Shown here in pieces: positions 7,904-17,699 of a stretch of 40,024 nt of DNA. The first letter of the stretch is position 1. Each line of letters begins with the position of its first letter. Position numbers and translations under genes: made by a program. The stretch covers positions 1 through 40,024 of the forward strand of contig JAPPOJ010000241.1 of the NCBI GenBank assembly GCA_028817975.1, read 5' to 3'. Source of the DNA: Zetaproteobacteria bacterium (GTDB lineage Bacteria > Bdellovibrionota_B > Oligoflexia > Oligoflexales > Bog-1112). Under the pieces are notes generated by a model, which saw nothing but the letters and a program-made list of their open reading frames with translations, ran no database searches and had not been told where the DNA came from.

Positions 7904-8923
7904 ATGGAGACAGAAGCAACACCTTCATCATCGCAGACAAACCTCCCCGAGAAGTCTGACCAACACCCAAGTCTTTTTGAGCGCATCTCAAACCTTAAGC
8001 ACACGTCTACCCCCCCCCTGGTGACAAACTCCACAAACTGCCCTCTCAGTGAACCCGTGCCCTGCTCTTTTTGCCGTGGCAAAGGAATTCGCTTAGCCAA
8101 ACCGAATGGGGCTTTCGCACAAGTCGAAATCTGCGTCTGTGTGCGCTCATGTAAAAGCTGTCAAGGAAGTGCTGTACGCCAAGGGCAAGATAGCCACGGC
8201 CTACGTACCGCCAAAAATTGCATCTCCCCCTCTCCACAACGACGCGCAAACCTCTTTAACCAAGCCAATATTCCTCTGCGCTATGCCACAGCTCGCCTCT
8301 CACGTTTAGATGCCAAATCAGAGCAAATGCAACAGGTAGGCGAACGTATTCAGCACTGGATCGGAGAACTTAAAAGTCAAGACCCTGCTAGCCCATGTAG
8401 AGGTTTTATTCTCCAAGGAGATGTCGGCATTGGCAAAACCTTTTTAGCAGCCGCTACCGCTAAACACCTTGCATATCACGGCTACGGGGTAAAGTTTGTC
8501 GACTTTTTCCAGTTAATCACTGAAATTAAAATCCGGCATTCCCAACAGCTTGAGTGGACCTCCAGTTTGTTTACCCCCTTAATCGAAGTAGAATTTCTGA
8601 TTATTGATGAGCTTGGCAAAGGACGACGTACAGAGTTCGAACAAACCGTGATCGACCAGCTCGTAGCACAGCGTTACAACCGCAATAAAACGATTATTGC
8701 CACCACCAACTGCACCCTCGAATCTCAAAGCACACACCTTAAAAAAGAAGGTGACTACAGTAGTAGTGATTTCAGTCAAAGCTCACCTTTAATCCAGGCC
8801 GTTGGAGCAAGAGTATACTCTCGGCTCTTAGAGATGTGCTCCCTCTGGAAAATCTCTGATGCCGAAGATCTCCGCGAACTTATGGCACAAAGATCACGCG
8901 ACTTTCACATGGGCCTGGAATGA
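7904..8923 (+). CDS. DnaC/DnaI/IstB-like AAA+ ATPase (putative helicase loader) with an N-terminal DnaJ-type zinc finger.
   Basis: Walker A GDVGIGKTFLAAA, Walker B LIIDELGKG, sensor IIATTN. The N-terminal Cys motifs are CSFCRGKG and CKSCQGSA. The track start at 7841 lies inside the rpsD terminator, so the ATG at 7904 (METEATPS...) is preferred. Confidence 0.7.
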   Translation: METEATPSSSQTNLPEKSDQHPSLFERISNLKHTSTPPLVTNSTNCPLSEPVPCSFCRGKGIRLAKPNGAFAQVEICVCVRSCKSCQGSAVRQGQDSHGLRTAKNCISPSPQRRANLFNQANIPLRYATARLSRLDAKSEQMQQVGERIQHWIGELKSQDPASPCRGFILQGDVGIGKTFLAAATAKHLAYHGYGVKFVDFFQLITEIKIRHSQQLEWTSSLFTPLIEVEFLIIDELGKGRRTEFEQTVIDQLVAQRYNRNKTIIATTNCTLESQSTHLKKEGDYSSSDFSQSSPLIQAVGARVYSRLLEMCSLWKISDAEDLRELMAQRSRDFHMGLE

Positions 8924-9816
8924 AATTATGCTTTGCCAAACAGCTTAAAAGGGGCTTTAGTTCCCCCCTCATCGGCATGCAAGTCAATGCTGAGGGTGTT
9001 GCCAGCCTCGGCCCCGCACACTTTTACCAATGCTGCAAGCAAGAGTGCATCCGACAACTTCAAACCTCGCCCAACCAGCTCGCCATATGTGCTATTGAAG
9101 AACGACTCACCATGGCACAGGAAATCCTCCACAAGTACAAAGAACTGAATCAAGGCGTTCCCCTAGAGATTGCTCGCTGGCAAGAGCACCCGCATGTCAT
9201 GCACTTTTATCGCTCTTTACTCGCTCCTAAATACTGGAATGCACGCACCCACTACCAAAACCCCAAAGGGAGTATTTTCTATTCCGGATCTCGTCCCACC
9301 CCCCAAAGCCCAAGCCCCGTACTGTGGACATGCGCGGTGGTATGTACATGGCGCTTTGGCTACCGCCCTTATATCCTAGCGCTCAAGCACAATACGGTAC
9401 CCAATACTCCCACACCTTCCCCTACACACCCGATCGTCATGATCGACCAAATGGGATCGTTGAGAAATCCGACCTATGCTTTTCAATTTGCAGCGCAAGT
9501 TAAATGGTGTGAGAACGCACTAGCACCGTTATGGATGGACATCAGCTCCGAGCAGTTCCAAGCACATGCCACTTTCGAACAATGGAAAAACAGCAACACA
9601 ATGAGCGGACTCCCACGCCAAAAAAACCTCCACCAAATCAGCAAAAAAGACTTAAACGCACTGAGCGTTGTTGCACGGGCAAAGGTCGTCAGCCTCAAGC
9701 GTCTCGCGGCCACTTCTCCCCTAGACTGGGCGAATGACTTTGACAGCAGTTGCCTTGCACGCCTAGAATCTGTCGCCCATAGAGACGACCTCAACCATAC
9801 AGGGACATTCATCTGA
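8920..9816 (+). CDS. Hypothetical protein, translationally coupled to the DnaC-like gene.
   Basis: 298-aa ORF whose ATG overlaps the upstream stop (ATGA at 8920-8923). I recognise no motif. The central segment is Pro/Thr-rich and low in complexity. Confidence 0.45.
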   Translation: MKLCFAKQLKRGFSSPLIGMQVNAEGVASLGPAHFYQCCKQECIRQLQTSPNQLAICAIEERLTMAQEILHKYKELNQGVPLEIARWQEHPHVMHFYRSLLAPKYWNARTHYQNPKGSIFYSGSRPTPQSPSPVLWTCAVVCTWRFGYRPYILALKHNTVPNTPTPSPTHPIVMIDQMGSLRNPTYAFQFAAQVKWCENALAPLWMDISSEQFQAHATFEQWKNSNTMSGLPRQKNLHQISKKDLNALSVVARAKVVSLKRLAATSPLDWANDFDSSCLARLESVAHRDDLNHTGTFI

Positions 9817-9841
9817 TTTGGGGTGGATCTCGCGACGCAAA

Positions 9842-10066
9842 TCAGTCCAATTTACGCGGCGTATCATAACTTTCTATTTTATTCTTACAGCTTTCATCCA
9901 CCTGAGCGCCACATATCTGACAAGAGCCCTGCTCATCTTGAAGAGCATTATTTAACCCTCCACACGAGCCTGAAAGGGGTCGCCTTCGAAACAGCACGCC
10001 TATTCCCATAAGCAGAATTACCCCTAAAAAGACACCTAAGCTGACTAAAAAGACCTTCACCCACAC
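9842..10066 (-). CDS. nqrM: (Na+)-NQR maturation protein NqrM (DUF539 family).
   Basis: 74 aa with an N-terminal TM helix, then GSCGGL...CQICG...C, the Cys pattern typical of NqrM. It sits immediately downstream of apbE at the end of the nqr operon. Confidence 0.75.
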   Translation of the reverse strand: MWVKVFLVSLGVFLGVILLMGIGVLFRRRPLSGSCGGLNNALQDEQGSCQICGAQVDESCKNKIESYDTPRKLD

Positions 10067-10071
10067 CTCTC

Positions 10072-11163
10072 CTAAGCATTGGGCTGCGGTGTCGAGGAAA
10101 GCCCCGCACTCATCCGTTCAAAAGCCCCACTGCGCCACTCCTGTAATTCTCCTTGATCCGAAAACCACTGCACATATACCGCGAGGTCATGCTCTGCGGA
10201 TAGCTTCTGCACCTGCTCTAAGCCCAGCACGAACAACCCGGTTGCCAGAGCATCTGCCTGTAAAGCTGTCTCGTGGAGCACAGACAAAGAGACCACTTTA
10301 TGTTGGATCGGGATTCCAGACTCCGGATTCAACACATGCGAGTAGCGTTTTCCTTCTCGCTCATAATAATTACGATAGGAGCCTGAAGTGGCTATCGCAC
10401 AGTCACGCAGCTTAACCACTTTCTGCACCCTATGCTCCTCTAGGCCAAAAGCTGCTTTTTCAATGCCAACGGTCCAAGGGGTTCCTAAATGATCCCCGCG
10501 CGCCATCATCTCCCCCCCGACGTCCACCAAGTGGTGCGCAAAGCCGCGACGTTCCAGCAGAGCTGAAACCAAATCCACACCATAACCTTTCGCAATCCCA
10601 GAAAAATCAAGGTATACCTCGGGGTGGAGTTTACGCAACCGTGGCGCGGGATCAAAGGACACCTCATAACCGGGCTTAGGCATGTGCAACCAAGCTTGTA
10701 ACTGCTGCGGGTCAGGCGTTTTAACCGGAGTCGCCTGGGGGCCAAAACCCCACAGATTCACCAGCCCTCCGATGGCGGGGTTAAACGCTCCTAAAGTAAG
10801 CCCATGAAAGCGCAAACTCTCATGCGCCACAAACGCAGTTTGTTCCGACACTGGAAACCACTCCAAAGGCTCGGCCATCGTATTGAAACGCGACAACTCC
10901 GACTGAGCGCGGTAAGTGGACATCCAATCGTTGACTTTCTCTAACTCTAAGTCAATTTCCTGCTTTAAAGTGGTTAAAACACTCTGCTGGGCAGCAAAAG
11001 AAGCCACAAACTTCACTTCGTACGTCGTCCCCATGGTACTCCCCCCAAGCTCAAACACTCGAAACTCAGGGGTAGCCTGCTGACGATAAAGAAAACCTGC
11101 TCCAACCAATAAAAAAAAGGCCACCAAGACGGGCTGGGCCTTACCTTGCATACCTGACTCCAA
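10072..11163 (-). CDS. apbE: FAD:protein FMN transferase ApbE.
   Basis: 363 aa with an N-terminal signal/anchor. ApbE-type segments are present: STYRAQSELSRFN, DFSGIAKGYGVD, AIATSGSYRNY. Located directly after nqrF. Confidence 0.9.
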   Translation of the reverse strand: MESGMQGKAQPVLVAFFLLVGAGFLYRQQATPEFRVFELGGSTMGTTYEVKFVASFAAQQSVLTTLKQEIDLELEKVNDWMSTYRAQSELSRFNTMAEPLEWFPVSEQTAFVAHESLRFHGLTLGAFNPAIGGLVNLWGFGPQATPVKTPDPQQLQAWLHMPKPGYEVSFDPAPRLRKLHPEVYLDFSGIAKGYGVDLVSALLERRGFAHHLVDVGGEMMARGDHLGTPWTVGIEKAAFGLEEHRVQKVVKLRDCAIATSGSYRNYYEREGKRYSHVLNPESGIPIQHKVVSLSVLHETALQADALATGLFVLGLEQVQKLSAEHDLAVYVQWFSDQGELQEWRSGAFERMSAGLSSTPQPNA

Positions 11164-11180
11164 TTTCCACAGGGATAAAA

Positions 11181-12407
11181 CTATCCGCCAAAGTCATCCA
11201 ACATGATGTTTTCAGGCTCTACACCGAGATCCAACAGCATGTTGGTCACCGCAACATTCATCATAGGAGGCCCACAAAGATAGTATTCACAATCTTCGGG
11301 GTTAGGATGATCCTTCAGATAATTATCTAACAAAACCTGATGAATAAATCCAGTGTAACCATCCCAGTTGTCTTCCGGGAGTGGATCTGACAAGGCAACA
11401 TGCCAATTAAAGTTAGCATTCTCTGATTGTAACTGATCAAACTCGTCATCATAGAACATCTCGCGCTTACTGCGAGCACCATACCAAAAGGTCATCTTAC
11501 GGTCGGTTTTAATACGGCGCAACTGATCAAAAATATGCGAGCGCATCGGAGCCATCCCCGCGCCACCACCGACAAAGACCATCTCGTTTTTCGTCTCCCG
11601 CGCAAAAAACTCACCAAAAGGACCAGAGATCGTCACCTTATCTCCAGGCTTCAGGTTGAAAATATAAGAAGACATGATCCCAGGTTTCACTTCCGGGTTA
11701 TTCGGCGGAGGAGTCGCAATGCGCACATTCAACATGATGATCCCTTTTTCCTCAGGGTAATTCGCCATGGAGTACGCACGCACCGTGTCTTCTTCTACTT
11801 TAGAGACATAACGCCACAGGTTAAACTGATCCCAATCCGGATGATACTGCTTTTCAACATCAAAGTCTTTGTAGTTCAGTTGGTGAGGCGGACACTCAAT
11901 TTGAATATATCCCCCAGCACGGAAATCAACATTTTCTCCCGCAGGTAATTCCAACACCAGCTCTTTAATAAACGTAGCCACATTATTATTCGACTTGACC
12001 GTACATTGCCACTTTTTACAATCAAAGACCTCTGCAGGTACCTCGACTTTCATATTCTGCTTACAAGATACTTGGCAAGAAAGCCGGTAGCCTTCCTTAG
12101 CTTCACGATTATTAATATGCGACTTCTCTGTGGCAAGGATCTCCCCCCCACCTTCCGTAACTTTGACCTTACACTGGGCGCAGGTACCACCACCCCCACA
12201 AGCAGAAGAAATAAAGATTTTTTGATCTGCCAAGACATTTAGCAGCTTACCCCCCGCAGGGACTTTCACAGCCTTATCCTGATCTTCATTAATCAAGATA
12301 GTAATGTCCCCACTGGCCACTAACTTGGATTTCGCAAGTAAAATAATCGCCACCAATGTCGTAATGACCAGGGTAAACATGGCGATACCTAAACCAATGT
12401 CCAACAT
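11181..12407 (-). CDS. nqrF: Na+-translocating NADH:quinone oxidoreductase subunit F.
   Basis: N-terminal TM helix, 2Fe-2S motif [21 protein letters not shown]-binding FNR-like domain ([28 protein letters not shown]). Confidence 0.95.
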   Translation of the reverse strand: MLDIGLGIAMFTLVITTLVAIILLAKSKLVASGDITILINEDQDKAVKVPAGGKLLNVLADQKIFISSACGGGGTCAQCKVKVTEGGGEILATEKSHINNREAKEGYRLSCQVSCKQNMKVEVPAEVFDCKKWQCTVKSNNNVATFIKELVLELPAGENVDFRAGGYIQIECPPHQLNYKDFDVEKQYHPDWDQFNLWRYVSKVEEDTVRAYSMANYPEEKGIIMLNVRIATPPPNNPEVKPGIMSSYIFNLKPGDKVTISGPFGEFFARETKNEMVFVGGGAGMAPMRSHIFDQLRRIKTDRKMTFWYGARSKREMFYDDEFDQLQSENANFNWHVALSDPLPEDNWDGYTGFIHQVLLDNYLKDHPNPEDCEYYLCGPPMMNVAVTNMLLDLGVEPENIMLDDFGG

Positions 12408-12417
12408 GATGACTTCC

Positions 12418-13029
12418 TTATAACTGTATCCCAGAAAAAACCATAAAGCCCAAAGCCATCAGCCCTACAGTGATAAAAGTGATACCCAAGCCTTTTAAGC
12501 CATCCGGGACATCACTATACTTCAGCTTCTCACGAATACCCGCAAGAGCGGCAATGGCCAAAGCCCAGCCCACGCCTGACCCAAGGCCATAGACGACACT
12601 TTCGGGAAAATTGTAGTCTCTCTCAACCATAAACAAAGAACCGCCTAATATCGCGCAGTTCACCGTAATTAAAGGAAGAAAAATACCCAGTGCGTTATAC
12701 AAAGCAGGAAAAAAGCGATCCAAGGTCATTTCCAAAATCTGCACCAAGGCAGCAATGACACCGATGTAACTGATCAGCCCGAGAAAACGTAAGTCCACAT
12801 CCTCTAAACCAAGCCACCACAAAGCCCCCTCATTGAGGAGTCCCTGATAGATAATATTATTCACGGGAACCGTGATCCCCTGCACGACGATCACCGCAAT
12901 CCCCAAGCCTACAGAGGTCTTTACTTTTTTAGAGACCGCAAGGAAAGTACACATCCCCAGAAAAAAGGCCAAGGCCATGTTCTCTACAAATACAGCTTTC
13001 AAAAAAAGACTCACATAATGCTCTAACAA
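12418..13029 (-). CDS. nqrE: Na+-NQR subunit E.
   Basis: [35 protein letters not shown] closely matches the conserved NqrE N-terminus. Polytopic membrane protein. Confidence 0.95.
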   Translation of the reverse strand: MLEHYVSLFLKAVFVENMALAFFLGMCTFLAVSKKVKTSVGLGIAVIVVQGITVPVNNIIYQGLLNEGALWWLGLEDVDLRFLGLISYIGVIAALVQILEMTLDRFFPALYNALGIFLPLITVNCAILGGSLFMVERDYNFPESVVYGLGSGVGWALAIAALAGIREKLKYSDVPDGLKGLGITFITVGLMALGFMVFSGIQL

Positions 13030-13031
13030 GG

Positions 13032-13655
13032 TTACCCCTCCTTCTCAACCTGGTCTGGCTTTGCTGTTCTAAGTATCCAAATAAAAAGTCCAATGATAAA
13101 AAATGCACTAGGAGGTAACACCATGAGGCCATTTGGAGCGTACCAGCCACCTGCAGTGACCGGAGTGAAAACCGTCAGATCAAACAATTTACCAAAACCA
13201 AAAAGCTCGCGAATAAACGCAACAAAAATAAGGACCACACTGTATCCCAAACCATTCCCAAAACCATCTAGCAGACTTTCCAAAGGACCATTTTTCATTG
13301 CAAAGCCTTCGGCACGCCCCATCACGATACAGTTGGTAATAATCAGCCCCACAAAAACCGACAGATCCTTACTCACAGAGAACAGAAAAGCCTTCAATAC
13401 CTGGTCGACGACAATCACCAAAGAAGCAATAATCGCCATCTGTACAATGATACGAATGCTTCCAGGGATAAAGTTACGAATACAAGAGACAGCTAAATTC
13501 GAACAGGAAATCACCGCAATCACCGAAGCGCACATGGTCAGAGTGGTGGTCATCTTAGAAGTCACCGCAAGTGCCGAACATATTCCGAGGATCTGCAAGG
13601 CAATGGGGTTATTCACAAAAATCGGACTTATTAAAATCTCTTTGTTCGAAGCCAT
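13032..13655 (-). CDS. nqrD: Na+-NQR subunit D.
   Basis: [20 protein letters not shown] is the conserved NqrD motif. The ATG at 13655 has GGGGAGG 9 nt upstream. The track start at 13664 would leave no spacer after that SD. Confidence 0.9.
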   Translation of the reverse strand: MASNKEILISPIFVNNPIALQILGICSALAVTSKMTTTLTMCASVIAVISCSNLAVSCIRNFIPGSIRIIVQMAIIASLVIVVDQVLKAFLFSVSKDLSVFVGLIITNCIVMGRAEGFAMKNGPLESLLDGFGNGLGYSVVLIFVAFIRELFGFGKLFDLTVFTPVTAGGWYAPNGLMVLPPSAFFIIGLFIWILRTAKPDQVEKEG

Positions 13656-13656
13656 G

Positions 13657-14445
13657 TTAGGCATCCTCCCCGGTGGTGGATAGTTTTTTCAGGTACTTAC
13701 GAAAGCCTAAGCGACCTGTCCAAAAGCGCACGAGATTACTCACCCCCCGCGCGGTAATAGTCGCCCCAGAGAGACCATCTACCTGATACTTCGCATCCGC
13801 ACGGGCCAGGTCGACTGCTCCTTTGATCACTTCCAATTTTAAATTACCATCGGCATCATAGACTTCTTTGCCATTCCAACTTGCCTTCCAAGTCGGATTA
13901 TCCACCTCTCCACCAAGTCCAGGAGTTTCCATATGGGAATAAAAGCCAATTCCTTGCACAGAATTCCCGTCTGCCTTCACACTTAAAAAACCATACAAAG
14001 TCGACCACAAACCTTTGCCATGTATCGGGAGCACCACTTGAGTGAGCTTGTCCATTTCGTAAACTTCATACACCACTGCCTTCGGTGCAATCATACGAAT
14101 CCCCGCAATATCGTCTGCCGCCTGCAAGCGCACCGCCTGGCTAGGATCTTTACCGACTTTATACTGGTCATACTCCTCTGCAACCAAGGAAGTATCGACC
14201 TCACCCGTCTCTAGGTCCACAACCTTAGGCCTGATATATTTTGCATAGACTTCGTTCACGTCATCCTCAGGGCTTTTCAACAACCCCGCCGCAGCTAGAA
14301 TATTCTTCTTTTTATCTAAACGCTGATTCTCTTCCTGAAGCGGACGTAAGGCAACCGCGGCAACAGAAACTAACACCGAACAAAACAAACTCAGCACAAC
14401 AGCAATGGTAATCGTTCCTGGAACACTGTCTTTATCTAAACTCAT
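13657..14445 (-). CDS. nqrC: Na+-NQR subunit C.
   Basis: TM anchor, then the FMN-attachment motif [11 protein letters not shown]. The ATG at 14445 (MSLDKDS...) is preceded by AAGGGA and fits the NqrC N-terminus. The track start at 14478 overlaps nqrB. Confidence 0.9.
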   Translation of the reverse strand: MSLDKDSVPGTITIAVVLSLFCSVLVSVAAVALRPLQEENQRLDKKKNILAAAGLLKSPEDDVNEVYAKYIRPKVVDLETGEVDTSLVAEEYDQYKVGKDPSQAVRLQAADDIAGIRMIAPKAVVYEVYEMDKLTQVVLPIHGKGLWSTLYGFLSVKADGNSVQGIGFYSHMETPGLGGEVDNPTWKASWNGKEVYDADGNLKLEVIKGAVDLARADAKYQVDGLSGATITARGVSNLVRFWTGRLGFRKYLKKLSTTGEDA

Positions 14446-14458
14446 GGTGTTGTTTCCC

Positions 14459-15670
14459 TTATCTCTGTTGTCTTGCAAGGCGCCGATTTATATTTGCTTG
14501 GACCACATAATTATCAATCAGCGGTGCAAAAAGATTGCCAAACAAAATAGAAAGCATGACCCCTTCCGGAAAGGCTGGATTCAGGCTACGGACAACAATC
14601 GACATAAATCCAATCAAAAACCCATATATGTACTTACCTTTACGGGTCATGGCAGCGGAAACAGGGTCCGTTGCCATGAAAACGAGGCCAAAAGCAAAGC
14701 TACCCATCACGAAATGCCAAGCTGGAGAAAGACTAAACATCGGATTCGTATCCGAACCAATGCAGTAGAGCAAAGAAGAGGTCACCAGCCCTCCGACAAG
14801 CATACTCAACATGATTCTCCACGAACCAACCCCGGTGACCAACAACAGACCAGCCCCCATTAGGCAAGCGATCGTCGAAGTTTCACCCATCGAACCAGGG
14901 ATAGTCCCAATAAAGCTCTGCCACCACGTAAATTGTTCACTCACCGCCGCAACGCCACCTGTTGCTGCTAAAGACAAGCTCGTGGCTCCACTATAACCAT
15001 CGACAGCTGTCCACACCATATCCCCAGAAATTTGTGCCGGGTACGCAAAGAAAAGAAAAGCTCGGGCTGTCAAAGCTGGATTCAGAAAGTTTTTTCCCGT
15101 ACCGCCAAATACTTCCTTTCCAACAACCACTCCAAACGAAATCCCTACCGCAACCTGCCACAAAGGAATCAAAGGAGGGAGCGTAAGCGGATACAAGAGA
15201 CCCGTCACAAGAAAGCCTTCATTAATCTCATGCTTGCGCACCACCGAAAAAGCTGCTTCCCAAAGCCCCCCCACAATATTGGCTACTAAAAAAATAGGGA
15301 CAAAGTACAACGCTCCATGGACAAGGTTCGAAAGCAAACTCGTTGGATCAATCGTGAGGCCCAGTAAGGCAAAAACCGCGCCCCTCCATCCTTCTATTTG
15401 CGTCAGCCCCATAGACTGCATCGCCCGATTGGCCTGCAAGCCTGTATTAAACAAGGCCATGAACCCACAGGGACCCAAAGCCACCGCCACTGTGATCATC
15501 ATTCGCTTTAAATCCAGGCTATCACGCACATGGCTCGGACCACTGGTAACTTCTCCTGGAGAAAATAAAAAGGTATCTGCCGCTTCATACAAGGGATACA
15601 AGCGTTCAAACTTCCCCCCCTTTGCAAAATGCGGGTGCAATTGATCAAGTGTTTTTCGCAATGCCTTCAT
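14459..15670 (-). CDS. nqrB: Na+-NQR subunit B.
   Basis: 403-aa polytopic protein with NqrB/RnfD-type motifs ([11 protein letters not shown] site, FMATDPVS). Confidence 0.95.
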   Translation of the reverse strand: MKALRKTLDQLHPHFAKGGKFERLYPLYEAADTFLFSPGEVTSGPSHVRDSLDLKRMMITVAVALGPCGFMALFNTGLQANRAMQSMGLTQIEGWRGAVFALLGLTIDPTSLLSNLVHGALYFVPIFLVANIVGGLWEAAFSVVRKHEINEGFLVTGLLYPLTLPPLIPLWQVAVGISFGVVVGKEVFGGTGKNFLNPALTARAFLFFAYPAQISGDMVWTAVDGYSGATSLSLAATGGVAAVSEQFTWWQSFIGTIPGSMGETSTIACLMGAGLLLVTGVGSWRIMLSMLVGGLVTSSLLYCIGSDTNPMFSLSPAWHFVMGSFAFGLVFMATDPVSAAMTRKGKYIYGFLIGFMSIVVRSLNPAFPEGVMLSILFGNLFAPLIDNYVVQANINRRLARQQR

Positions 15671-15673
15671 GGT

Positions 15674-17023
15674 CTACCCATCCTTTTCTATAGTCGTCAA
15701 CACGCTGCGCAACAGCGGGCCATATGAGGATTTACCAGGGCAAACAAAAGTACAAAGCCCCAAATCTTCTTCGTCCATTTCTAAAGCACCGAGCAAGGCA
15801 GCCTGTTCAGTGTCTTGTGACAAGAGTGAGCGCAATAAAAAAGTCGGTTCTACATCCCAGGGCATCACCGACTCATAGCATTCAATGGGAACCATGGCAC
15901 GATAAGAACCTTCGCGCGAAGTTGTAAAGGCAAACTTAGATCCACCGGGCAACAGCTTGGAGAAAAAAGGCTTTTTTACGGAGAATTTATTAAAGCCGGG
16001 CATAAAAAAGCTCAAAAAGTCACGCGAACGTCCTTCTTTCAACACAGCAACTTGTTGATGATAATGGCCGAGAAAATCGTAGGCATCCGCGGCCTGAAAA
16101 CCGGAATAAACCGTACCCGAAATGCAACGCAGTTCTTCCCCTGCAACCAGTTTACCAGCACACAATTCGGAGATCTTGGCTCCGCGTGGCACACGATACA
16201 GCTGAGGAGCTTTCACCATCGGACCCGCCAAGGCCACGATACGCGAACCATCTAACTCACCGGTGAGAAACAGCTTCCCAACGGCGATGACATCTTGATA
16301 GCCTATGGTCCACACGGTTTTGTGCTCACTTACAGGGTCCAACATGTGAATATGGGTCCCTGCAAGCCCCGCAGGATGCACCCCTGCAAAACGCTTGATC
16401 TGATAAGCTTCCGGAACTGGGGTCGCAGAGCTGAATTTGCTATCGACACAGAGATAATTTTTGGCCTGCCCAAGCTTTGCAAGCACTGTGAGACCACATT
16501 CAAACGCTTCTTGTTCCGCAGCCATAATAAAATTAGGGTACACAGATAAAGGCGAGGTGTCCGTAGCCGTGACGAAAAGAGCTTCCGGCACAGAATCAAT
16601 AGCTGGCACACGGCTGAAAGGGCGCGTACGCAATGTCGTCCACAGCCCCGAAGCTATTAAATTACGCCGTACTTTGTCGGAATCCAAAGTAGGCAACTCC
16701 GACTTCGCATACTTATCAAATGATTCCGCTTCATCTCCAGATACTTCAATCACCACAGATTCAAGGAGACGACGATAGCCACGATTTACCGCAACGACCT
16801 TGCCGGCACGCGGGGAAGTGTACAGCACTCCAGGGGTCTGTTTATCACTAAAAAGAGTCTGGCCCCTTTTGACAACGCTCCCCTCCTTCACGAGCATGGT
16901 AGGCTTCAACCCATGTAGCTCCGCAGTTACCACAGCTACCTGAGTAATATGAGGGTCCTCACCCAGTTCTTGAAGCGGCTCGCCGTCAATCGGCAGATCC
17001 AATCCTTTTGTGATTTCAATCAT
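15674..17023 (-). CDS. nqrA: Na+-NQR subunit A.
   Basis: 449 aa. MIEITKGLDLPIDGEP is the conserved NqrA N-terminus. First gene of the operon. Confidence 0.95.
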   Translation of the reverse strand: MIEITKGLDLPIDGEPLQELGEDPHITQVAVVTAELHGLKPTMLVKEGSVVKRGQTLFSDKQTPGVLYTSPRAGKVVAVNRGYRRLLESVVIEVSGDEAESFDKYAKSELPTLDSDKVRRNLIASGLWTTLRTRPFSRVPAIDSVPEALFVTATDTSPLSVYPNFIMAAEQEAFECGLTVLAKLGQAKNYLCVDSKFSSATPVPEAYQIKRFAGVHPAGLAGTHIHMLDPVSEHKTVWTIGYQDVIAVGKLFLTGELDGSRIVALAGPMVKAPQLYRVPRGAKISELCAGKLVAGEELRCISGTVYSGFQAADAYDFLGHYHQQVAVLKEGRSRDFLSFFMPGFNKFSVKKPFFSKLLPGGSKFAFTTSREGSYRAMVPIECYESVMPWDVEPTFLLRSLLSQDTEQAALLGALEMDEEDLGLCTFVCPGKSSYGPLLRSVLTTIEKDG

Positions 17024-17263
17024 AACGGTTCCCTGCGTCTTTCTAGTCTCACCAAACCGGTTTCTTATGGTTTTCTACTCTATCAGCTCTCATCCGAATC
17101 GCAAGAGCTTTCCCCTAAACCCTAATACACAAACTTGTATTGTTCCTTTTACAGTTTATATGATACCTGTGGATTAATCACTCTGACGAATATTTCTGCG
17201 TGAGTCAGACTTCTGTACCACCGCCACACAACCTAAACATCTTTAAGACAGAGAGGAAATCAC

Positions 17264-17644
17264 GTGCATATTCATATAAAAGGATACCCTGTATTTGTAA
17301 AACTGGGTGTCTTCGATACAGAACAGCTGTATGGGCAAGAAATCTTTGTCGACCTCTCTCTCAAACTCCATCAAATGGAAAGCCAACTGCACGAGGATGA
17401 CGCTCCCCCCAGCCTTGACTATGGGGCAGTACTCCGCGCCGTGGATGCATGCCTGCAAGGTAAGTCTTTTAAACTGATTGAAACAGCTCTGTATATGCTA
17501 GGTAAAGACTTTAGAACTCGTTTTCCACAAATCTTATCGGCGCAGTACTCCATTCACAAGCCCGTTCTGCCCGGAGGCATCGACAAGGGTGCACATGTTT
17601 CTATTTCAGCGGAGTTTTGCTATATTGACGACACTCATTCTTGA
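17264..17644 (+). CDS. folB: Dihydroneopterin aldolase (FolB family).
   Basis: 126 aa. The pattern I.I.G..V...LGVFDTEQLYGQEIFVDLSL...LDYGAV...LIETALY...IHKP matches the FolB fold signature. GTG start with GAGAGGAAA upstream. Confidence 0.7.
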   Translation: MHIHIKGYPVFVKLGVFDTEQLYGQEIFVDLSLKLHQMESQLHEDDAPPSLDYGAVLRAVDACLQGKSFKLIETALYMLGKDFRTRFPQILSAQYSIHKPVLPGGIDKGAHVSISAEFCYIDDTHS

Positions 17645-17699
17645 TAAATCTGTTCGACCGACTGCACTTTCAGGCGCAGCTTGAGCCAAAGGAAACCGG

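Noticed and set aside
13093-13683. 196-aa + strand ORF antisense to nqrD.
   Set aside because: It lies entirely inside a confidently identified nqrD on the opposite strand. Its composition is Lys/Thr/Ile-rich with no motifs. It is a shadow ORF.
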